From Macrostomum lignano (Eukaryota), in NCBI GenBank assembly GCA_002269645.1, contig NIVC01003020.1, forward strand, positions 1-64,000: a stretch of DNA of 64,000 bases, read 5' to 3'. Of the stretch, positions 23,872-38,100 are shown one piece after another. The position numbers and the translations under genes are program-made. Position 1 is the first letter of the stretch. Every line of letters starts with the position of its first letter. A model generated the notes under the pieces. It saw nothing but the letters and a program-made list of their open reading frames with translations. It had not been told where the DNA came from and ran no database searches.

Positions 23872-24285
23872 CAGCCTGTGGATCTGGGAGGCTGGCTGCT
23901 CAGCCTGAGGATCTGGGAGGCTGGCTGCTCAGTCTGAGGATCTGGGAGGCTGGCTGCTCAGCCTGAGGATCTGGGAGGCTGGCTGCTCAGCCTGAGGACC
24001 TGGGAGGCTGGCTGCTCAGCCTGAGGATCTGGGAGGCTGGCTGCTCAGCCTGAGGATCTGGGAGGCTGGCTGCTTAGCCTGAGGATCTGGGAGGCTGGCT
24101 GCTCAGCCTGAGGATCTGGGAGGCTGGCTGCTCAGCCTGAGGACCTGGGAGGCTGGCTGCTCAGCTTGAGGATCTGGGAGGCTGGCTGCTCAACCTGAGG
24201 ATCTGGGAGGCTGGCTGCTCTGCCTGAGGATCTGGGAGGCTGGCTGCTCTGCCTGAGGACCTGGGAGGCTGGCTGCTCAGCCTGA
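23872..24285. repeat. 29-bp minisatellite between POC1 and CCT8
   Basis: Unit GATCTGGGAGGCTGGCTGCTCAGCCTGAG, about 14 copies. Confidence 0.93.
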
Positions 24286-24773
24286 GAGCAATAAAAGAAT
24301 CAATTTAGTCTTAACACTATTACTACAGCCTCTTAATTAAAATTTGATTGGCAATTGAAATAAGACAAGCCAAGCCGCACAGGATCTCTCCCAGGCAATG
24401 TCGCATAAGTAATAATTTATTTACTATTAGCAGCAAACTGAACGCAAGAACAATTAAGTCAAAATATTTCGCCTAGTTCGCAAAACCGGCATTAGAATGA
24501 AACAATATGGGAATGCTAATAACTTGATTGGCAGCCAACGGACGGAGAGATGAAGCTAAGCGAGGCTAAATTCTCTATTTGAGCTCGCCAGAATCCCAAC
24601 AAAGTAGATCCCTAGCAGTTTTGAATTGTCACACAAATACAGTGGAACACGTGACGATCGGGCCCGCCCAGATCAGGATAAAACAGCAACGGAGAGCAGC
24701 ACAGAGCAGAGAGCAACTGCAAAGTCATCAGTGAGCTGGTGGGCCAGCCTGCTCAATGCCAGCCTGCTCTTGG

Positions 24774-26789
24774 CTACTTGGCTGACGGTGGCCTCTGCGA
24801 GTCCAGCACGTCCTTCAGCTTGTTCTCCGTCAAGGTGAGCCGCTGCTCCAGGATGGACACGGTCTGCAATGCGGGGGAGGGGTGGGTATGACTTGATATG
24901 ACAAATGGCAGCCATTGATGCATATATGATAGTTAAACCGAACTACAAATGTGTCAGCGACTGGGGCCCTCTCTCAGCGGTTGAGACCAGCTGACAACAC
25001 GCAGGATGCTGGACTATCACGAGTTCGAATTCGATTTCTAGGAAAGTGCAAATCTACCAGCGTTGCCACAATGCCAGGGTGAACAGGTCCCACTGATCAC
25101 ACTAGAAAAAAGTGCAAATCTCCCAGCATTGTCAGGGTGAACAGGTCCCACTGATCACACTAGAAAAAAGTGCAAATCTCCCAGCATTGTCAGGGTGAAC
25201 AGGTCCCACCGTTCACACTAGAAAATAGTGCAAATCTGCCAGCATTGTCAGGGTGAACAGGTCCCACTGTTCACACTAGAAAAAGTGCAAATTCGGCACT
25301 CAAATCCCGCACCTGCGTGAGGATGTCCAGCTGCCTGACAACGTGCTCCAGCGTGTTGGCAATGACGGGCGGCACAGAGCCCGGCTGCTGCTGCTGCTGC
25401 TCGGTTGAGCTGCCGGCGGCCGCCACCCCGCCGCCGTTGACTGGCGCCGCCAGACTCGGCCGCGGCAGGCTGTCATCGAATGCCGACGAAGGGCCTCGGC
25501 CGCCGTGCCGGCCAACATCGGTGACGAGACGGGAGCTGCTGGCCAGCTCGGCCGATCGCTGGCCGGCCAGAGGCTGCTGCTGGTGTCCGGACTGGCGGCT
25601 GGGTCGGCTTCCGTCCTGCTGCTGTTTGCGCGGCTGAGCCGGCTGCGAGAGTTCAGCATGGTGATGTGAAGGTTAAATATTCGACAGGTGTTGACAGCTC
25701 GAACCCTAGAGAAGCAAAACACACCCAGTAACTGAAATTTCACTGTGCCTTTCGGGTCCCCCCCAGCGCTTCTGTGCGTTAAACCCGAATTGGAAACCAG
25801 AAACTCCCAGAAACCCAGGACGCGTCAGGCGACTCTAGCCGCAGCCTCACCTCGCCAACCTCCATGGTCTCCGCCTGCGGCGCTCCACCAGCGCCCTGAT
25901 CGAAGTTGGTCCGCCACAGGAACACCTGCTGATCGGCGCCGCCTGACGCGAAGTTGGCACCGCACACGCTGAAGCTGCAGGCGGTGACGGCGCCGTCGTG
26001 GCCGCGCAGCGTGTAGATGAGGCGGCCCTCCAGCAGGTCGTACAGGCGCAGGGTGGAGTCGTCGCCGGCGGACAGCAGGAAGTTGCCGCTGGGATGGAAG
26101 GCGATGCCATTGGCGGGGCCCTCGTGCACCGGGTAGTGCTGCACCAGCTTGTTCATGCGGATGTCCCAGATCTTCACGGACCCGTCTGAGGCGGCCGCGG
26201 CCACACAGTTGCCGGCCGGGTGGAACTGCACATCGTTGACCAGGCCGCCGTGCTCCTGGAAGGTGCTGACGCAGTCCTGCGACTGGCAGTCCCACAGGCG
26301 CACGGTTTTGTCATCCGAGCCGGACACGATGAGGCGGCCCTCGGAGCTGAACCGAGCGCACTTCACCCAGTTCACGTGGCGGCTGAGGGAGAACAGGAAC
26401 TTCTGCCGCTGCACAGTCCACACTTTCACGGTCTTGTCGTCCGAGCCGGTGAGCAGCCGCTCGTTGTCGGCGGTGAAGTCAACGGCCCGCACGCCGGCCG
26501 TGTGGCCGCGGAAAGCGGTGCTCTCGCCTTTGACGCTCGGCGTCCACAGGCGAACGGTTTTGTCGCGAGAGGCGGAGGCGACTAGCTGGCCGGTGGGGGA
26601 GAAGCGGACGCCCATCACGGCCTCCTTGTGGCCCATGAAGCGGAAGGCGCGGGACTGCGGCCTGAAGTTCCATATGGTGAGGTTGCTGTCCAGAGAGCCG
26701 GAAACCAGCTGCTTGCCGTTGGGCGAGAAGTCAACGCTGGTGATGGCGTCCTTGTGGCCCTTGAAATGGATCTCTAGCGCCGGGTCCTC
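24774..26789 (-). CDS. POC1: POC1 centriolar WD40 protein; exons about 26789-25851, 25642-25313, 24863-24774; start codon not found
   Basis: [34 protein letters not shown]... seven WD40 repeats ending [11 protein letters not shown]-terminal POC1 coiled-coil [15 protein letters not shown]|[18 protein letters not shown] spans phase-0 GT-AG introns. Confidence 0.93.
25073..25290. repeat. 58-bp intronic tandem repeat (POC1 last intron), about 4 copies
   Basis: CAGGGTGAACAGGTCCCACTGATCACACTAGAAAAAAGTGCAAATCTCCCAGCATTGT. Confidence 0.9.
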
Positions 26790-29700
26790 CAGAAGATAGC
26801 AGAATGAAATTTTATACTTGTAAATCTGGCTTTGGAATGCATAACCCGTGTTAGCAAAACAGGCATGCAATTCAAGCCATGTCTAGGCCAACTAGTTACA
26901 GCATATACTAAACCAGACCAATTCTCATGCACCTTGGGATAAAGAGCATCATGCCACAGCAGTCTACTTATGCCTATTGATAAGTAGACATATGAACATG
27001 TGTATGTACAATGTTTAAAATGCAATACATAAATCACTCATTATCCATCTTATAAATTTGGGATTTAATGCCTACAAATATTCAACATTACTATAATATC
27101 AGAAGGCTTGAACTGGTTGCAATTAGACATTTTTAGTAGAATTTGCAACAATATAACATAAAAAATCCTATCTAACAGTATAATTAATTGCAAGAATGCA
27201 TTCCTTTTATTAAAAGCCAAAATTTTCTAAGCCTATCAAAATAATAGCACAAAAGCTTTTAGTCTAACTACATATATGATAGAAAATTCAATTGTTAACT
27301 AAACATTTGCTAGAGCTATATTTGCCAACTAGCAGTCAATCCATGAGAAATAGAAACTTTCAAAAGATAGAAATCTTTAAATTATACTTGAACTAAAAGC
27401 TATTCAAAAACTATTATATTTATATATACTAGCTATAGCTTATTAGTGTTTAATCAAAGAAAAGCTTTTAGGCAACACAAAATTCCTAACAGAAATATAA
27501 TTTTATCTATTTACCAGGTGTGCATACTGAAATGTTACAATTTTATAAAAAAGTGTTTTTTCATTGACAGTAACCAAATGACTTCTCTTGCAATTACATA
27601 AAAAGAATTTTATATTCTATGATAGTTTATCTTCTATAAATTATATTCTATACTATTCTATTCTATATTATTATTCTATATACTATTCTATATACTATAT
27701 TCTATAAATTCTATATATTCTATAATAGTCCATCATATTTATTTCATCATAAGTTATTCTATAAATCCTCCCCCAGTTTCCAAAATTCTCTGAAGATGCT
27801 TCCAAAAAGTCTGCATAGCTCTGACAACCTTTGTTTTAATTTTCCCATGCAATTTTCCCATAAAATACAAATCCACTGCACTTTTGGACAAGCAATCAAT
27901 AGGCCTCCTTTATGTGTCAAGAAATAAAAGTCTAATTTTGTGTTGTTTTTCTGTCAGTCAGTCTGTCTATCTGTCATTGATTTATCAAGAGCCATTTAAA
28001 CAATTTTTTTCAAATAAGCTTTTAAAAATTTCTAATTCTTTGGGATCATGCATAACTTTCTTTGATGAAAAAATTGAATGGGAAGTGGGTCAAATATTTG
28101 CAAAACAATTTTTTAATGATTTCAATAGGCACTCTGTTTCTAAATTTAATTGCTCAGTTCAACCATTTAGGCCTCTCATTGGCCAATGTACAGTGTAAAA
28201 TGCACATTTACAGTGAAGGGAAAGAGTTTTATGACCCTTTATGCAGCAGGCTGGCAATTTGTGGGGTTGGTTGAATTTTATTATTGTTTACCAACCAGTC
28301 TGATAGACAATTGATGAAAGAGTGGGTGCATAGGGGGGATTAGCCTGAAATTTACCAATCCCCTAAACTGCTCTGATCTTGTTTGTCTTATTTTATGAAT
28401 ACAACACTAGGTGGCACAGTTGCAGATGAAGGTAGTAACTATGTGCCTAATTGATTAAGATTCATTTGGAAAATTGGTATATAAAATTTATTTATATCTA
28501 TACCAATTGTTAGTGAGTCAAATATTTGAAAACAAAGTTTTTAATGCTTTTAATATTTGAATTTTCCTTTTGAATGCCCACCATTGGGGTCTTATTATCA
28601 TAGTGTGCTTGTATATATTTAGTAATATAAAAAAGTTGCCATCACAAAATATTCTGTCTGTGGTTGCAAGTAAAGTCTCTCTTGTGAGTGACGCAACTTG
28701 CTATGCAATAGCAGGCTTGAGTTGAGGAATAAAATGGGGGTTCAGTGTGTGTGGGTTTTGTTAAATGGATTAAAGCTACCTAATCAGTTTTCTTGTATCT
28801 TTTATTTCAGAATAGTCCAAGAGAAATTGCTCATTGGCACATAGAGTGGCAACTTTTCAATGTTGTTGAGTATATATACAATTTTTAACAATGAAAAAAA
28901 TTGATACAAAAATGGGTCAAATATTCAAAAAAAGATTTTTTATGCTTTTAATGATTGAATTTTGAATTTGAATGCCCTCATGGGGGCTTAATGTGCTAGT
29001 AGAAGTCTAAGGGGTTCAAATTCAGTGAAAAAAGGGGCTAGATATCCTTAACCTAGAAATGGCTAAACTTGGCCACCAAAAATACCTATATTGTCCTTGT
29101 AGTATAAGCTAGAGTGCCATCTTGCTAAAACAACCATCATAATATATTTGCTACAACCAAGGTATGACTCATGTCTTTAGCAGCTCCTAAAATACACACC
29201 AAGACTTTTTGTTCCTAGTCTTGATAAATAGCTTTTTGGTTCAGTTTGAAGTTTTAAGTCTTTATATAAAAGAAGCTTTTTTATGGTTGGGGACTTAAGC
29301 AATAGATTTTCAATGTCATAAGCACATTGTATATTCATGATAATACTGATTAGGGGCCAAAATTAAGATGAACATTTTCACTTTCAATGCAAAGACTAAA
29401 ATAGAATCTTTGTTTGGCAATCTTCTTCTTTTTCTTCTTCTTATACCTAAATCTGTGTATGTTTCTGCCTATGTCCAAATGTTTTATGTTTTAAGCTGAA
29501 TGCCTAGATCATTTCTAACCAGATTTTTTTATTTGAAATTTTCTGTTGGTGGTATGGCTTAAAATTTGTTTAATTCTGTTTATTTTAGACTGTTAAATTG
29601 ACAAAAACTATTTTTTGCAAAGTTCATTCAAGGTCAAACCTGCTTGGCTGCTCTGGCTTGCTAAAAGTGTTCATTTCATTAAATTGCATCAGCAGTGCCC

Positions 29701-30729
29701 AAGTTCAATTTACTTACTCTTTTACCCTCTTTTTTGCATAGGCTAAAAAGTCCATGTGCATCAATGTACATGTGGACCTTTCCTTTAGGCCAAATGAATT
29801 AACATTTGTTATGGTTACATCATGCTTTCTCTCTAAGCCTAGCTGAAATGATTCTTGCCCAGTGCTAAATGTGCATATCATGTGTATTTGTGTCCCGTTT
29901 ACCCTGGCTAGCTGAATTATTTATTGCTAGCTTAGATGCATTAAAATGTACACTCTTAAACCACTTGTGGAGAGAACCCTTGAGTGGCCTTTTATTATTG
30001 CCAGCTAGCAGTGAGAGATTCAAACATATATGACAGATTTTTGTGCCCTCTTATCAATGGTCAGATAGCCAATTAGTAGGCTTTGGCCAATCAGCTCATT
30101 AGTGGTTTGATTGATGAATCAATGCATATATAAACAACAAATTGATAATTGTATGATTGAAATTTGCTCCTAAAGTTTATATACTTATAGTTTTCTTATG
30201 CCTGTGCTGACCACTGATTTGATTGAGCTATATAAATATATATCTGAAATATAACTTCATGAATATATTGAGTTATTTTTTTAAATAACTGTGTATATGG
30301 GTACTATAGGAAGTGAACACAGGTAGTCTTTGCAATCTTAGCTCATGAAAGTCTAAAAACTTATCCTTGCAGGCAAAGCAAAGCATCATTTGCTTTGTCA
30401 GGCTACTGAGAGGAATTTTGAAAATTCCAAATGAGAAATGCAGCATTGCAGCAAAAGGAGAAATTGTATCAAGGCCTAATGAATAAAGCACAATGAAGAA
30501 AAATTGAGAATGGACTAGAATTCTTTTGTGCATAAACATTTCAAGTTTTTCTAAGAAAAAGATTAAGTTAAATTTTGTTCCACAAGCTAACATCTTAAAA
30601 TATACCTTGCAGACTATAGAATAGATTTACAAAAAGTCTATTGGAAGAAAGGCTGCTTGTGCTAGATTTTTTAAAAATCATTTTAGTAACTATATTCTCA
30701 GCAATAGTCAAAAGTGACACCTCTAGCAA

Positions 30730-31280
30730 GAGTGAGCACAGTGAGTGAGCACAGTGAGTGAGTGATTAAGAGAGTAAATGAGTGAGTGAGTGAGTGAATG
30801 AGCATAGTGAGTAAGTGAGTGGCTAAGTGAGTAAGTGAGCACAATGAGTAAGTGAGTGGCTAAGTGAGTAAGTGAGCATAGTGAGTGAGTGAGTGAGTGC
30901 AGTTAGTGAGTGGCTAAGTGAGTAAGTGAGCACAGTGAGTAAGTGAGTGAGCACAGTGAGTGAGTAAATGAGTGAGCACAGTGAGTGAGTGAGTGAGTGA
31001 GCACAGTGAGTGAGTGAGTGAGTGAGTGAGCACAGTGAGTGAGTGAGTGAATGAGCACAATGAATAAGTGAGTGGCTGAGTAAGTGAGCACAGTGAGTAA
31101 GTGAGCACAGTGAGTAAGTGAGCACAGTGAGTGAGTGAGTGAGCACAGTGAATGAGTGAGTGAGTGAGCACAGTGACTGAGTGAATGAGTGAGCACAGTG
31201 AGTGAATGAGTGAGTGAGCACAGTGAGTGAGTGATTGAGTGAGTGAGTGAATCAGTTAGTTAGTGACTAAGTGAGTGATA
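30730..31280. repeat. Degenerate (GTGA)n microsatellite with GAGCACAGTGAGT units
   Basis: Runs of GTGAGTGA interrupted by GCACA and GTAA. Confidence 0.92.
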
Positions 31281-32090
31281 TTTTGGTTGAATTGTTTTAT
31301 TCATAAATTTTTTTGGGCTAAAATACTTCTTTTTCTAATAGGACCCACATAGCAGGTCTTAATGACTAGTCCATATACTAAAAATGGTCTATTGGTAGGT
31401 ATGCAATTGATTTTTAGCAAAAATGGCTTAGAACTAAAACTTGCACACAATGTGTTTTCACAGGTTTTTATCCTAAAAATATAACCTATTTGCATTTAAA
31501 TTTTATAAACAACCTTTTATAGCTTGTTATATTGAAAGTTTTCCTGAATACCTACAAATAATTTTTTAATTCTTTCTTTAATCTTAACATAGTATTATGT
31601 AGGTCTCTAGTTCTATTCTAATACTGGTACTAATCTGGCATTAGCTCTATATTTAGCTCTAGAACTATATAATAACTATATAATATAGTTCTAGCTATAG
31701 ATTGCACTCTCTACTTGGACTCTGATTGCCCTTTATTTGCTCATTAGCCCCTAGCCCATTTTACTCTAAACTATACAGTGATATTTAATCCCTTATAATT
31801 ACTTTGTTCACTTTGCAATAATTATATATTTAATTTTATGAAGTTTTGTTTGTTTGGTCTATATTGACTAAAACATAGCAAATTTAGGAAGAAAAGATTT
31901 ACCATATTTAGACATTAAATATTGATTTTAAACTTTCTATTTAGTTCACTTTTAAAGGGAAACACCTTAGAACAAATATATAAATTTCTTTTATATAAAA
32001 AAATGCAAAATGCAATATATTCAAATATCAAATCTTTGATTAATATTTAATTTAATTATGTATATATAAGTTTGCAAATATATATATTTA

Positions 32091-32129
<39 letters not shown>

Positions 32130-33094
32130 AATATCTTGGATTTTATACAAAAATTGTATCTTGGTTCAAGGGACCTAAGTCCCTAGGCTTTAGCTAGGCC
32201 TAGGGTCAAAAGCTAAAGAAATAGATACTGTTGTGATATAGCATTGCCATATATATGTTGTATTGTATAATTGGAGTAATAACTACAAACAGCTTGCATG
32301 CATGGCAGCTATCTACCCAATGTTTAAATTGCATGTATGGCAGATGTGTGGGTTCCCAATAGATATTTTTTCCTTCAAACAGATAATACAAACAAAATAT
32401 GAATTCATTTGAAGCATAGAGACACAGTGATAAATCAAACTTTTTGTTGATCAACGATCTTCAACCAAGATCAATCAAAACTTTGATTTATTGCTACATC
32501 TCTATGCTGCAATCATTTGCTCAAAAACTTTTATCAATTCTTGATACATGTCTTAGCTTTGCAATTGTATCTTAGACACATTAATGCCGTTTATATTTCC
32601 CAAGATATTTGCTTCCAAAATGTGTTTCTAAGGTGTGCCAAATGAATTCATCTTTTGACACACTTTGCATTTGTGCCAATGTTATTTTTTTGGGTCAGAA
32701 AATTTCTGCTTATAAATTTTTAAAGCTGAATATGGCATCAGAGTAAGGAATATATCCCAAAACATGAATTCATTTTTTGTTTGAATTATCTGTTCAAAGA
32801 AAAAAAATCTGTTGGGAGAATATCTGTTGAAGAACCCATATATACACGGCAGTTATATCTTAATTTATTATACAGTATGTCATATTATGTGAATTAGGCC
32901 TATTAGAAATTATTATTCAAATTAACAAAAAATAGCTATGAATTGAGATTATATTGTATATGCAATAAAACAAATAATAAATTATTTAATAAGTTCAGTG
33001 AGTAACAATATACAGATTTGAAGGAAAGGGTCCAATTTGCAATTCACTATATTGCCAATCTGCAGGATGCCATGAATGCAATTAAAATACTGGG

Positions 33095-33236
33095 TCAATA
33101 TGGATAGCTGCCATGTATATAATTAAAATACTAGGTGGATAGCTACAATGTATGCAATTTAAACACTATGTGGATAGATGCCATGCACCATGCATGCAAT
33201 TTAAAAACTAGGTGGATAGCTACTGTACATGCAAGC
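33095..33236. repeat. Degenerate ~36-40-bp tandem repeat (GGATAGCT...ATGCAATTTAAA...CTAGGT), about 4 copies, with an inverted partner at 32292-32343
   Basis: Manual alignment; the reverse complement of 32292-32343 resembles this array. Confidence 0.6.
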
Positions 33237-35146
33237 TCTCCATAATAACTAATAAGATAGGGACAAAAGTTAAGATATATGCAATCTAAGTTAGTCAAAT
33301 AAGTTAAAAATAAGTAATCTGTAAAAAGCTAAATCAAGTAAGTCATTCTTTTACAATAAATAAGACCTATTAATATAATGAGTGATATGCGTTGATAAGC
33401 CTAGGTAAGGTTAAACTGTTGCTATTGTATTATTATTTTATTTTTAATTGTTCTATTATTATTATGAATAATAAAAAATGAATGATGGTCAATGGTGGCA
33501 TTACATTAAAAAAAACTACTAACATTAACAGCACCCAGGCCCCACTGCAAACAATTGTGGCACAACTGCTTAGCAGCTTAGCGTGCAAAAATTTTATCAA
33601 AAACAATAGACCTATCTTTGACTTTGAGAATGTTTAAAAGATTACCTACCTATTGACTATTCTCATATATAGCTTAAAATGATAAAAATATCGCAACACA
33701 TAAATAAATTCTGCCATCATATACTATAAGTCATAGGATAGGGCCAAATTTCGTACTATCGCTAGCAACTTTTATTTCTTTGAATGTAGTTGTGTATTTG
33801 ATTGATAACAAACAATGTGAATCAGCCTTTGATCTTCATTCTTCAACACTTCTCTGACCAATGCAATTTAGATTATTAAACTGCTATAGAATAGAAGTAC
33901 TACCGTTTATTAAAACTTATATTTATAAATACAAAGAACATTACACTCTTGAACCTGTGATTTTTTATTAACCTTGTAGTTTGCGCATATATAATATCGA
34001 ATAGCATGAGTCCTACATAGTTGAAATCAAAAAGTTTACCGTACACAACATATATGTTATTTTAAATAGTAGCAAAACATTCATTTTTAGAAATTTCTTT
34101 TAAATCAACGTTATTTTGTGTATTTTACATTTTTTAATTGTAAAAAAGTTTATTATTTGTTTAAGCTTGTTATCGCAAATTGTTTAATACTTTTCATGCC
34201 GCTTATTTTGTCTGTGTTTTGGAAAGATGTCTTATCTTAGAAGTTGTAACAAGAGAATAACGAGCTCGTATAAATGCATTCTGAAAAGCCCAAGGCGAAA
34301 GGAGCTTAACTATAGGCCTCGAGGCTATTTTGTGCAAACTGGAATGGCAAGTCAACTTGAAAAAGATCCAATACCTACTTTGTTCCAATCAAAATGCTTT
34401 AGTGCTTTTATTAAGCCACTATTTTATGTAGGCTAGGCCTAAACTACAGTCCTATTTCTTTGTGACCACCCAGTCACTCGTCACTTGGTCAAACCGTCAA
34501 CCTATCAAATAAATTGGCCTACGCCTACCACATACCGCTTGGTCACTTCGTCCACCTCCAATTAATGCAGCCACAAGTAAGTCACAATAATTTAATAAAT
34601 AAAAATCATTGACATAAATTTCTATCAATCAGGGCAGGGCCTACTAGTGTTTCGCCGTAAGGAGGTCCATGTGCCTTAGCCATAGCCCTAAGCAAAACTA
34701 TGGCTTATTCCAATTCTTCATATTCTATAGCCATAGCCATAGGCATAGGGACTCCAATATTACTATATTTCCATAGTTCCTATAGCCATAGCTGTAGTTT
34801 TAACAAAAAGTCTAGGAAACAAAATATTTTGAACTAGTGCTTAAAAAACTGCAAATTAAAGTACAAAATAAAATAAACACTTGATTGTTTTTGTAAGATT
34901 ATATTTCATCTTTTTACAGAATAGGCCTAACAATATAAGCTACTTAACTTAATCACTACTATAATAATATTAGGCCTAGGCCTACTGCTAAACTTTTTAA
35001 CATTAATAAAAATTGAAGTTTGCTAATGTTTTATTGTACTTTATTAGGTATACTCGAAAGAAGGCTCTAAACCATCATATAGCAAAGATCAGTTCCGTAA
35101 GCTCATGGTCATAGCCACTAGCGGAATTTTCCTTTTTCAAGAAAAG

Positions 35147-38100
35147 CACGCCTCCCCTGAAGAGAGAGTTTGGTCAATGAAATATACCCTAAAAAATATT
35201 GATTTCCCATGAATCTATGACCCAACAGACGTCCAAAAAAGCAATAGTTGAAATCCTATTGCATTGTCTGCATAGTGTACAGGTATGCTAATTAGTACAG
35301 TGATTTTTAGTACCAGGTAGGTACTACAAGAAGAACAAGAAGGTCTGAGAGAACATGGCAACCATCCTGCAGCAACGAGAATGCTGAAACAGGGTGGAAT
35401 TTGCGTTTCTGTTCATTCTCTGTCACTTATGGTTCATTGATAGTGTTTTTATTACCTGTCCATACCTGTGTACACCTGAAAATTATGTTTTTGCATACTA
35501 TATTGTGCTGAATTCACACCAGGGCGTGTATCTTCACACTTATCATTATACGAGCGTATTTACATGTATATGCTCATGGCTCAAAATAAATTGAATTCAA
35601 TATTCTGGCTGCAGACTTTTCTTTCTGTTTCAATAAGCTATTTGGCCCATAGACATCTCTAGATGATGAGGCAGTCAGAACTAGGAGACAAGTTAATTCC
35701 AGTATTTTCTTCAGAACAAAAAGAAATAGCAAGCAGCAGCTGCTACAGTTTTACTAAACTTTTACTGAAATTAAAGTTACTGTAAGTGAGACAACTAGCT
35801 ATGAAAATGGAAAGGGTATATTTGAGTGAGATACTCTAGGTCGACATTTATAAGCTGAGTGAAAGCGTACAATACACGATTGAGTGTAATATGGGGTGGG
35901 GCGATCAATAATTTGGGGGAATGTATGTATGAGCTACATAAATATGCATGCAATATATTAGACTAATTGAGTGTGCAGGTAGAAATACAAGAACAATAAA
36001 AAAATACTGCGACACTGGCTGCTCCAGAACAATGCCAAACAACAAGCGCTCACATGAAGAAAATCGAAGATGTGTGTGCATCTTGTGCTTTCGGAAGGGA
36101 GACCAACCGCTGACAGCCACTCTTGAAGCGCTGATTGAATGCCATGTGCTGCCAGGCTTTGCTGACCATCGTGGATTTCTGCCTTTAAGCATCTGCAACT
36201 CCTGCAGAATCAAGCTGATGTCACAAAGCAGCCCTGCACCAACACCTCTGCCACCAAAAATGCCCTACAAGCAAATTATTACAGATCTGCGCTGTCTTCC
36301 GCCACTCACTCGCGAATGCCCCGATTGCAACTGCTGGGTGTGCCATGTGGGCTCCAGCAGAGCCAACAAGAATGTGGCTGTATATCACCCTTTCATGCCA
36401 GATGAGTCTGCTGCTGGTATTGCGACGCCACTTGGTCGCCCTCCAAATAAGGCACCTGGGCCGATGGGAGACAGTGTCGTCAAACGCTGTGAGACATGCT
36501 CATCGCCAGTGGCACGTGGATTGAGGCACCAGTGTGGACAGGCGGCAAAACTGCGCTATCTTGATGCCCTAAGCCCCTACTCAAGGGAGCACGTAGCCTG
36601 CGGTCTTCTGCGTGAGAAGCTGGGTGTAGCCACCTCTTCTGGCTCCTTAGCAACTGCAAGCCTGACTTCTGGCACAGGTGGGCGCCCACTCCAAGTTCAA
36701 GTGGCTGGTATATCAACTACCGAGATTGCGTCAGTCCAGCATAGCACTATGCGAGCTGTAAAGACTGCACTCAACCTCAGCACCAGTCAGACGCTATGTG
36801 CGGCTCAAGTGATCAGAGAAGCGTCCGGCAGCAAAAAGGCCGTGCAGTCTGGGCTGAAACAGTTTCTGTTTGCTGAAGGTCAGAGTGTCACCAAGTTTTT
36901 TACAGCTGAGCAGTGGCAGTTTTTCCGCAAACAGCCTAATGGACAAGAGTATGTGATCGAACGGTCTGTCATGTTCTGCCGGGATGTATACGCTTTTCTG
37001 GCGCATGTCAGTAACTCGAGAGGCACTGCTGAGATGCACCAGAGAGTGAAACTTGCGATTGATAGAGGAGGCAATTCCTTAAAGGTGTGCATCAGTGTTA
37101 CCGTGGATGACAGAGGATGCACTTTGTCTGCCCAATTTAACCGATTTATGGACTCTGGAGTGAAAAAGATCCTCATCCTGGCCCTTGTTGAGGATGTCAA
37201 AGAATGCTACCAGAACGTTAGTGTACTAATGGCAACCATCGACATCAGCTCCATTAACTTCACGTTGGCCTGCGATTTTAAACTGGCAAACATAACCAGC
37301 GGGATCCAGAGCCATTCTTCATCGCATCCCTGCCTGTACTGTGAGGGCAGGCCTCCATGGGAAGTACCAGCACAAAGGGGATGCTCGGCTCAATTCGACA
37401 CCTGGCAAGTGAGTTTCAGGCAGCTGGTAGACACCAGCCTCTAGCCAAAAACTTTGCCAACTGCGTCTAGCCTCCACTGCTACCTGGGAGCGATTCTGCT
37501 GAACTGCTGGACGTGGTACCACCGCCAGAGCTGCACATGATGCTTGGCATTGTGAACCGATTGCTTGATGCTCTCAATGCAAGCTAGGGTAGCAACAAGG
37601 CCTACGAGTGGGCCTATGAAGCAGGCATCTGCAGGCAGCAGTATCATGGAGGTTGCCTGGAGGGCCCAGCGTGCAAAAAGCTCCTTCTGAAGGCGAGTGA
37701 GCTGTGGAGCGTGCTGCCTCCACACCTGAAGCTCTACGCAACAGCACTTCAAGACTTCAATGCTGTGCGCGAAGCTTGCTTTGGCCAAAGTCTGGCAGCT
37801 GATTACAGTCTCTACATTGCTCGCTTCCAGATGACATGTAGGTACCTCGAGCTTTCAGTTACGCCAAAGATGCACACGCTTTTTGACCATGTGCCAGCGT
37901 TCTGCGGCAAGTATGGCAAGGGGCTTGGCAGCTTTAGTGAACAGGCTGTTGAATCAGCCCACAGTGACTTTGAAGCCACCTGGCAGCGCTATAAGCGCCC
38001 CCTAAATCATCCTCAGTATAGCACGTGTCTACTGCAATCCATCATAAACTATAATTCATTTCACATTTGAGCCAAATATGTCATAACTTGTAACTTGCAA

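Noticed and set aside
30730-31280. Many CACAGTG (RSS heptamer) copies near a RAG-related transposase
   Set aside because: They arise within a (GTGA)n microsatellite; there is no nonamer or 12/23 spacing, and they lie 4 kb outside the Chapaev TIRs.
34200-34440. THAP-like tail QLEKDPIPTLF
   Set aside because: No C2CH cysteines or HF motif recoverable in frame; too short to support.
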